DNA from: a virus
Taxonomy: Duplodnaviria; Caudoviricetes
Reading direction: 5' to 3' (one strand)
Length of the DNA stretch: 64,000 nt
Virus record (IMG/VR): IMGVR_UViG_3300042332_000866
Coordinates: 1,517-65,516 of that record
Part shown: positions 55,602 through 62,065 of the stretch, in pieces
How the letters are laid out: the number at the start of each line of letters is the position of its first letter
Numbering within the stretch: position 1 is the first letter of the stretch
Position numbers and translations under genes: made by a program
Notes under the pieces: model-generated
Database searches by the model: none
What the model saw: the letters and a program-made list of their open reading frames with translations, nothing else
Told to the model about the DNA's origin: nothing

Positions 55602-55708
55602 GGTAGTTTGGTTTTTTTTAGTGCGTGGTTTTCCGTTCACCGCTTTAGGTCGGTGCGTGAAAGTTGTTTTTGTGTGTCTGGATGTCGGGGGCGGGTTATA
55701 GAATGGCG

Positions 55709-56272
55709 CTATTCGGCAGAGCAGAGGGCCGCTTTTAGGTCTTCCGCTTCTCGGGCTTGTTCTTCAGCTTCTCGGGCTTGGTCTTCAGCTTCTTGCTGCT
55801 CCCTTTCATCTTCCGCGATGCTTTCGGCCAGGTCGTCGGCTGCGCGTGCTGCGTCGGTCTCAGTTTCGTAAATATCGCCTTCGATGGCTGAGGCCATGCC
55901 CTCGCCCATTGTCCAGCCTGCCAAGAATCCGCGTGAACGTGGCAAGCGGAAAACTAGGCCGCGTATTTTTGAATCCTGATAATTGTCCGCGTACCATCCT
56001 GTGTGTTTGATGCGCGTGCCTGCTACCTCATCGCAGTGTTGCCAGCGTAGCGCGAAAGGTGCGGATCTGTCACCGAGATAAAAGCCTTTGCCTTTTCCGG
56101 CCTGCTCGGGTTTCGGCGCATGGTAGCAGGGGCCACATATCGGCCTTTGATATTGTCGCAGCCTGTCAGACTTCGGCCCGCGTGGCAGGCTGGCAACGTA
56201 GCGAGGCCAAGAAAATCCGGCAAAGGTGAACTCGGGGGCAGGGAGAGTGAATCGGCTTGTGTGGGGTTTCAT
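55709..56272 (-). CDS. Early hypothetical phage protein
   Basis: IKHTGWYAD...IRGLVFRLP...AARAADDLAE; probable start MKPHTS. Confidence 0.65.
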   Translation of the reverse strand: MKPHTSRFTLPAPEFTFAGFSWPRYVASLPRGPKSDRLRQYQRPICGPCYHAPKPEQAGKGKGFYLGDRSAPFALRWQHCDEVAGTRIKHTGWYADNYQDSKIRGLVFRLPRSRGFLAGWTMGEGMASAIEGDIYETETDAARAADDLAESIAEDEREQQEAEDQAREAEEQAREAEDLKAALCSAE

Positions 56273-56374
56273 GGTGTCCTGATTTTCTTTGGGTGTGTGT
56301 GTGTGTTTCGGGCCGCGTTTGGCCTCGCTACCGCCCCTAGATTTCTGGGATCTGGGGGCGGGATGCGGGGTCAA

Positions 56375-56566
56375 TTAAGCAGCGTCACAAGCGTCTTGCC
56401 ATCCCTCGCCAGTTTTGAGGAAAAGAGCGGTCAGAGAGGCTTTTAGTGGGGAGTACCCGCATTCGTCTTGTAATGCGTGACGAATGGCGTTCTGGCTGTA
56501 CCGCTTGGCCTGCTTTCGTGCGGTTGTGATATTGCCGTTGATGAAGTTTTCAATTAAAGAGTTCAT
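56375..56566 (-). CDS. Early hypothetical protein
   Basis: Start MNSLIENFINGN. Confidence 0.6.
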   Translation of the reverse strand: MNSLIENFINGNITTARKQAKRYSQNAIRHALQDECGYSPLKASLTALFLKTGEGWQDACDAA

Positions 56567-56570
56567 AGAT

Positions 56571-56729
56571 TTAGTCTTTCCAGGTTTTGCAAGCACGGGT
56601 TGAAAGGTAATAATGCGCGGAGGGGTCCGAAAGTCGGTATTCTTTGAGCATTTCCCGCGCCTCTTTGCGCGTGTCGAATTGATCCACTGTTTCGAGGTCT
56701 TTCCCGTCTTTTCTTTGGATGTAGTACAT
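56571..56729 (-). CDS. Early hypothetical protein
   Basis: MYYIQRKDG...ETVDQFDTRKEAREMLKEY...RACKTW. Confidence 0.65.
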   Translation of the reverse strand: MYYIQRKDGKDLETVDQFDTRKEAREMLKEYRLSDPSAHYYLSTRACKTWKD

Positions 56730-56772
56730 GGTGTGGCTTTTCTTTGGTTTGGGTTTGATGGTGTGGGAAGTT

Positions 56773-57249
56773 TTAGAGCATGTTCGCGAGCGCTCCGAAA
56801 CGCTCAATCTGTGCGGATGTCAGACCAAGGGCGCGAAGTTTTGGGCCCAAATTCTGGCAGTCTTCATAAATGCGAAAGGCTTTCCGGCTGTCTTGATCGT
56901 ACCCGAAATCATCCGACCAGTCTGCAAAGCTGGCGTTGATTGTAGAGGTATAATCCGCACAGACCCGGCCTAGAACCTCTGCCGGATCGGGTTTTTTAGG
57001 GCCAAGTACGGTTTTACCGTCTCGGGCTTTGATGGTGTTTCCTACACCGCTTTTCCAATCAAAATAAACGGGAGTCTTCCCCGTAGGACAGAAACCTAGC
57101 TGGAAAGCGTAATGTTTCCAGCCGTCGGAATCGGTCGCGATGTGGCCGCCGTGAATCTGTGTACCATTTTTCCAGCCTAAAGCTGAAAATTCAGTGGCTA
57201 GGATTTCGGCGGCCTCTACGTGGTCGGTGATTTCTTCAATAGGTTTCAT
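56773..57249 (-). CDS. Early hypothetical protein
   Basis: FADWSDDFGYDQDSRKAFRIY motif. Confidence 0.7.
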   Translation of the reverse strand: MKPIEEITDHVEAAEILATEFSALGWKNGTQIHGGHIATDSDGWKHYAFQLGFCPTGKTPVYFDWKSGVGNTIKARDGKTVLGPKKPDPAEVLGRVCADYTSTINASFADWSDDFGYDQDSRKAFRIYEDCQNLGPKLRALGLTSAQIERFGALANML

Positions 57250-57290
57250 AGTGTCTTGTTTTCCTTTGTGTGTGGTGTGGTGTGGGGAGA

Positions 57291-57467
57291 TTAGGCTTTG
57301 TACTTGTCGTTTGTGGCATCCTGCCAGCCAGCATTATAAGCTTGCGTTTTGACGTGACGGAAGAGCTGCGCGTCGTGGCGCTCGCGTCTCCAGACTAGGA
57401 CAGTGAAAGCAGCCGTGGCTGCTAAAGAGCCACACAGGAAAGCGAGGATTGAGGGGAGGAATTCCAT
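57291..57467 (-). CDS. Small early membrane protein
   Basis: 58 aa read by hand (MEFLPSILAFLCGSLAATAAFTVLVW...). Confidence 0.5.
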   Translation of the reverse strand: MEFLPSILAFLCGSLAATAAFTVLVWRRERHDAQLFRHVKTQAYNAGWQDATNDKYKA

Positions 57468-57485
57468 GGTGTTTTTTGGGTGTGA

Positions 57486-57632
57486 TTAGCGAGTGAGGAA
57501 AAAGGCAGCGACTAGGCCGAAAGAGATCAAATATATGGCTGCATCTTCAAGGCTGCGACGGCGGGCTTCTTTGGCGCGGGCTTCGCAAATTGCGAACCAT
57601 TCGTTTGCATGGGCTTCGGATGAGTTTTTCAT
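57486..57632 (-). CDS. Small early membrane protein
   Basis: 48 aa read by hand, C-terminal TM segment; first gene after the promoter. Confidence 0.5.
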   Translation of the reverse strand: MKNSSEAHANEWFAICEARAKEARRRSLEDAAIYLISFGLVAAFFLTR

Positions 57633-57677
57633 TTTTTTGGTGGAGTTGAGTGTTTTTAGCTCGTTTGAGCGTCCCCA

Positions 57678-57730
57678 TCATTACCATACCGCCGAAAAGC
57701 TGACAAATGTTTTTTTATTTTATTTTCATT
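57678..57730 (-). promoter_or_regulatory. Major leftward (early) promoter with A-tract UP element
   Basis: TTGTCA-17 nt-TAATGA preceded by AATGAAAATAAAATAAAAAAA. Confidence 0.55.
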
Positions 57731-57734
57731 AGGA

Positions 57735-58320
57735 GGTTTAAACCGTTGGTTGTGAGTAAAAAAGAGTCAGTCAGAAATGGTGCCAAAAGTTTGGAATTGG
57801 TAGTATTTTAAACTGTGGCTTGGTCTCGGCTTATATTTTGACCATGTTTTTTCTGTCTCATATAACCACGGGCTTGGCTTTTTACGGTCGTAAATTCAAC
57901 CACGGTCAAAAAGCCAAACTTCTGGCAGTGTTTTGGCAGCTTGGGACTGCCACAATCGCTGCCAGCTTTATTTTCTGGCAGCGATTTGGCAGCTGTTTTG
58001 TCGCACTATCATTCGTTAGGCCAAATCTCTTGAAACCCTTATTTTATAAGGCTCGCAGCGTGTAGCTGTTTTTTTATTAACTGCATTTTTAGATAGCTTA
58101 TGGCTAATTATTTTGAATAAAGTGTCAGATTGCATACAGGAACGAAAAAGGAATTTACCGGTTATATAGAGCAATACATATTTATACATGCCCCACATTT
58201 GATTTCCATCCTGAAGGAAAATGCAAAAGAAACCTTATTTTCTGACATCTGACTGAGTGTTTTTTAGTTAACTATTTTTAAACTCAAAACAGACGTTTTT
58301 TAGTTTCTTATATATTCGGG
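57735..58320. other. AT-rich non-coding divergence region, candidate replication origin or genome end
   Basis: No credible ORF; clustered TGGCAG motifs in both orientations next to AT-rich tracts. Confidence 0.45.
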
Positions 58321-58348
58321 TTGAATGTTTTATAAATATAGTTAAACT
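58321..58348 (+). promoter_or_regulatory. Rightward promoter, near-leaderless
   Basis: TTGAAT-16 nt-TAAACT, 8 nt before ATG 58357. Confidence 0.55.
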
Positions 58349-58356
58349 CCTGATAT

Positions 58357-59073
58357 ATGGTCAAGAAGATTATGATGTCCCCTTTTCAGCTCCCCGAGGA
58401 GCTGGCTACTAAATTGCGCGATGCTGTGAGATCGCGCGGTCTCACACTGTCGAGCGTTTACGAACAAGCGCTGACACAGTGGCTCGAAGCTGGTGGAACG
58501 GGCGAAACTGAGACAAGCGAGAAAACGGAAAAGGTTTTCTGCCCGGCAGGTATGAAACTGGTTTCGGGTTTTCCGGCTCCTCCTGATATGGTGGATCGTC
58601 TCACGTCCTTTGCGCCGTCATTGGGCGGGCATGACAAGATGATGGCAGGCATGGTAAAAGGCTGGTTAAATGGTCGGAGATTGCCGGGTGAGAGCTACCA
58701 GAGACCACATGAGGAAAAGCTGACACCAGAGCAGGAAAGAGAGGTCGAACTAGAGCGACGGCGCAAAGTGGCCGCTGTGCGTTATTCTCGCGGGACTCCT
58801 CCCCTTGTGGGGCCAAGCGTCTTTTGGCATAGAAAAGCGCATCCTGCTCCGTGGGAGATTATTGGCCTAGCCTCGCCAGATTGGGACCATTTGAAAGACG
58901 AAATCAAAGCACTCTGTGAAAAGGAGCACGCCGAACACGTAAAAGCACAAGAAGCCGAAGTGAGAGCACGCGCAGCACTGGAACCCGTCGAACCTGCTAA
59001 AAAATACCGTGTAGAGATCCAAGGCACGCGGCTTGTGAAGATCGAGATTAAACCGGAGGGGGATTTCTGCTAA
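58357..59073 (+). CDS. Ribbon-helix-helix (CopG-like) domain protein
   Basis: FQLPEELATKLRDAVRSRGLTLSSVYEQALTQWL; ends EGDFC. Confidence 0.65.
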   Translation: MVKKIMMSPFQLPEELATKLRDAVRSRGLTLSSVYEQALTQWLEAGGTGETETSEKTEKVFCPAGMKLVSGFPAPPDMVDRLTSFAPSLGGHDKMMAGMVKGWLNGRRLPGESYQRPHEEKLTPEQEREVELERRRKVAAVRYSRGTPPLVGPSVFWHRKAHPAPWEIIGLASPDWDHLKDEIKALCEKEHAEHVKAQEAEVRARAALEPVEPAKKYRVEIQGTRLVKIEIKPEGDFC

Positions 59074-59074
59074 T

Positions 59075-59590
59075 ATGGCTGCAAAATCACTTGCCTCTCC
59101 TGACGTGTGGAGAGCTATCAAGCTGGCCTCAATTAGGGGCGTACCTGACGCCGAACTAGCTGAGCATTTCGGTGTGACTACAAATGCAATATCCAGTCGC
59201 CGTTTCGATGATGACGAATGGCGAGCAGCTAAACCGAAACTATCAGGCCTGCCTCCAGTAAGAAAAGCGCAAAGCAAAGCCCAAGACATTCAAGATGTCA
59301 CAGAGGCCAGTTTAGCCGAAATCGGAGAGCAAAATTCCCTGTTGCTTGCTCGCTACGTAGGGCAGAAAATTAAAAACAGCGTTGAAAGTGACCTCCTGCC
59401 CGACCCTGAAGACTGGGCGCAAATTAAAACAGCATCGGAGATCCTCAGAAAAGCGACGGGCCAAGACCGAGATCAGCCAGCTGTGAGCGTCAATCTGTTC
59501 TCAGCCTCCCAGTTTTACGACGACGTGGCCCCGACTTTTGAGGCTGATCTTGTTGAGACTGAGCCCGAAAATACACCAGATTTCTGTTAA
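59075..59590 (+). CDS. Putative terminase small subunit (N-terminal HTH)
   Basis: WRAIK...ELAEHFGVTTNAISSR HTH, helical core, acidic tail; upstream of the portal; ends TPDFC. Confidence 0.55.
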   Translation: MAAKSLASPDVWRAIKLASIRGVPDAELAEHFGVTTNAISSRRFDDDEWRAAKPKLSGLPPVRKAQSKAQDIQDVTEASLAEIGEQNSLLLARYVGQKIKNSVESDLLPDPEDWAQIKTASEILRKATGQDRDQPAVSVNLFSASQFYDDVAPTFEADLVETEPENTPDFC

Positions 59591-59706
59591 ATCACACCTA
59601 AGTCGTTGAGTATCAACGCACAAGCAACTTATCATTACGGTCGTTGTTAGTAGTTAATAAATACCATAACGATTTCGGCATTCAGCGCGGCTGGAAACGG
59701 GATGAG

Positions 59707-59750
59707 CAGGCACACAGGCACACAGGCACGCAGGCACAAGCGGGCACAAG
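59707..59750 (+). repeat. Tandem 8-mer CAGGCAC(A/G) x4 plus a degenerate copy
   Basis: CAGGCACA CAGGCACA CAGGCACG CAGGCACA AGCGGGCACAAG. Confidence 0.8.
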
Positions 59751-59916
59751 GGCCAAGCGCCTGTGTGCTCAGTGGAGGGTGCCTGGCTGCCAGCGACGGG
59801 GGGACGCCCGGCCTACCCTAGGGCTGGATTTGCGGGAGCGTCAGCGCTAGGTAGGGGTTGAGAAAAATTTTGTTTAAAATACACCTTTTCACTTTATCAA
59901 AATAGGTTTATAGGTC

Positions 59917-60666
59917 TTGATGCCAAAACCAAAAGACATACTTGGTCAGAAATTTAATTCTCTAACCGTAGTGGTACTCAATAAGCCCGCTAGTTTTAAG
60001 ATACTCCCAAACGGTCGTAGAGTAACAGTAAGCAACACTTGGGATTGTTTATGCGATTGCGGTAAGACTAGGAACAACGTATCTAGATACCACCTCCAAC
60101 ATGGCAGCATCAAGACTTGTGGATGTATCAAAGAGTTTAACTATGCTAAAACTAGACGCCATTTAACCGAAGGCACATTGACTACTCCACCGTATGCTTT
60201 CTCTAGAGGAGTAGGTAATTTTTACAAAGTGTGGGAAGCTATAAAAATGCGTTGCTACTGCAAGAATCACAAATCCTTCCACAACTACGGAGGTAGAGGC
60301 ATCAAGGTACATTCAGACTGGAAGAGTAGCTATCGTACTTTTGCTATAGCTGTAGGTCCGAGACCTTCACGGCTACATTCCATAGACAGAATCGACACCA
60401 ACAAAGACTATGAACCTGGGAATGTAAGGTGGAGCACCAGCGTAGAGCAGGCTAATAACAAGAGAACGAACATTTGGCTACGTTGGAAAAATGAATCAAT
60501 TACGTTAACAAAACTAGCTGAAAAAGAGCAGGTAAGTTACCGCCTTTTGCATCGACGTATTAAAAGATACAACATGCCTGTAGAAGAAGCTGTATTGAGC
60601 GCTAGAAAAACCGGAAAGCCTTTCATACCACATAGAAGACCAAAATACTCCGAAGATTTTTGTTAA
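59917..60666 (+). CDS. HNH homing endonuclease
   Basis: WDCLCDCG, YGGRGI, SIDRIDTNKDYEPGNVRWST; ends SEDFC. Confidence 0.85.
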   Translation: MMPKPKDILGQKFNSLTVVVLNKPASFKILPNGRRVTVSNTWDCLCDCGKTRNNVSRYHLQHGSIKTCGCIKEFNYAKTRRHLTEGTLTTPPYAFSRGVGNFYKVWEAIKMRCYCKNHKSFHNYGGRGIKVHSDWKSSYRTFAIAVGPRPSRLHSIDRIDTNKDYEPGNVRWSTSVEQANNKRTNIWLRWKNESITLTKLAEKEQVSYRLLHRRIKRYNMPVEEAVLSARKTGKPFIPHRRPKYSEDFC

Positions 60667-60709
60667 AATACGTCTTTACACTTTAAGGAACGTGTATATA
60701 GTTACTCAC

Positions 60710-60944
60710 ATGACCCCCTGCCCTCGAAAAACGCTTCCACGACCTATTGGTCAAAGACCTCAGAGGAGAGACCAGCCCCTCAGAAAAGAAGAAACTCGAC
60801 ATCCTCGAACGTAGGCGCTCAGCACCAACCGACTACGAGAAGAAACAGATCGCACGACTTGATTGGAGCACCTGAGAACTGAAGAGGATACTGGGCGCAA
60901 TCAACCGAACAACTAAAGGAGTCGTACTGCCGAGAAACCCGTGA
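60710..60944 (+). pseudogene. Frameshifted or recoded small gene
   Basis: ATG ACC CCC T; the +1 frame reads PALEKRFHDLLVKDL..., with an internal TGA at 60873. Confidence 0.35.
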
Positions 60945-60990
60945 ACACAACCATCCACCCCACCCACTCGCCTCACCCCCCATCCACCCC

Positions 60991-61239
60991 ATGACATCAT
61001 TCCCCACAGCAACTCAGTCCCGAGCAGCCTCCGTAGCCGCAGCACTCAGAAACAAGCTACAAGGAGAACTCAACGAAGTCGCAGCCCTCATCAACGAGAC
61101 CACCAGCATCAGGCAACTAGAGCTGACCATCATCCGAGCGATCAGCACCCAAGCAACTGAGTTCCTGACAGGGCTTGGTTATCAAGTGGTTCACTCTACA
61201 AGCCTTCACACCGAGGCAAAGACCACGATCAGTTGGTAA
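60991..61239 (+). CDS. Hypothetical protein
   Basis: 82-aa ORF. Confidence 0.55.
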   Translation: MTSFPTATQSRAASVAAALRNKLQGELNEVAALINETTSIRQLELTIIRAISTQATEFLTGLGYQVVHSTSLHTEAKTTISW

Positions 61240-61243
61240 CACT

Positions 61244-61513
61244 ATGCCCGCATTCCAGAAACACGACCTCACCAACCGCACAGTTGGCTACTGGACCGTG
61301 CTTCGCGAGAACAAAGCTCATCGGAAAGAAGTTCAACGCACCTATGCACCAGGCTCCATTGCTCCGACCTTCTGGATATGCAGGTGCATCTGCGGCAAGA
61401 TCAAACCCACCGTTCGCGGATCAGTTCTGATGGATGGACGCTCTCAATCATGTGGGTGCCAGCGGAAACACACCCTCAAGCGTCAAGCTCAACAGGACCA
61501 AGACTTTTGTTAA
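61244..61513 (+). CDS. Stand-alone HNH-endonuclease N-terminal Zn module
   Basis: DLTNRTVGYWTVL...WICRCICG...SQSCGC without a nuclease domain; ends DQDFC. Confidence 0.65.
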   Translation: MPAFQKHDLTNRTVGYWTVLRENKAHRKEVQRTYAPGSIAPTFWICRCICGKIKPTVRGSVLMDGRSQSCGCQRKHTLKRQAQQDQDFC

Positions 61514-61538
61514 TTCCACTTCTCGAAAACAAATATTC

Positions 61539-61567
61539 TTGACTCCCAAACCCACTAGCCTTAAATT
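61539..61567 (+). promoter_or_regulatory. Sigma70-like leaderless promoter
   Basis: TTGACT-17 nt-TAAATT, 5 nt before ATG 61573. Confidence 0.6.
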
Positions 61568-61572
61568 CAATC

Positions 61573-61842
61573 ATGGCCAAGAAAGCAGCAACTAAGAAAT
61601 CAGCATCAAAGAAGCCAAGCCTATCGGTAGGACGTGGTGAGAAGCTATCCATCGCTCAAGGTGGGGGTTTATCCGCGAAGGGCCGCGCACGTTATAACGC
61701 AGCCACAGGCAGCAACTTGAAGGCCCCAGCTCCGAAGCCCAAGACCGAGAAGGACAAAGCTAGGAAGAAAAGTTTCTGCGCTCGATCCCAAAGCTGGACA
61801 GGCGAGCGTGGCAAGGCCGCACGTAAGCGTTGGGCCTGCTAA
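61573..61842 (+). CDS. Small basic protein (DUF6321-like)
   Basis: GGLSAKGRARYN...NLKAP...RKKSFCAR...RKRWAC. Confidence 0.7.
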   Translation: MAKKAATKKSASKKPSLSVGRGEKLSIAQGGGLSAKGRARYNAATGSNLKAPAPKPKTEKDKARKKSFCARSQSWTGERGKAARKRWAC

Positions 61843-62065
61843 ACAATTTCCACGGTCCAGTCTTGTTCCTTCTTAAAGACTGGAATGCTTTCTCCCAAAG
61901 CACGCACTATCCACTCTTGTGCGCCGAGTCGGAGCTAGGTTCTTTTTAACCCTCAAACTTGCACCTGACCTTGTGCAAGAAGCTCTGCCAAAGGTGGACA
62001 AGGTCATTTTAGCCTTCAAACAACTTTCTTGACTACGCCTATCAATAAGTCGAAGATTGCAGACC

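Larger units (their letters stand above)
52581..55702 (-). repeat. Seven dispersed intergenic repeats: TCTGTAAC...ACCGACCCAAAGCGGTGAAC
   Basis: Core copies start (+ coordinates) at 52581, 52995, 53311, 53699, 54375, 55111 and 55635. Confidence 0.9.

Noticed and set aside
52581-55702. CRISPR array or integron attC cassette array
   Set aside because: Spacing is 300-750 bp with whole genes between copies, there is no GTTRRRY/RYYYAAC pairing, and no cas operon or integrase is present
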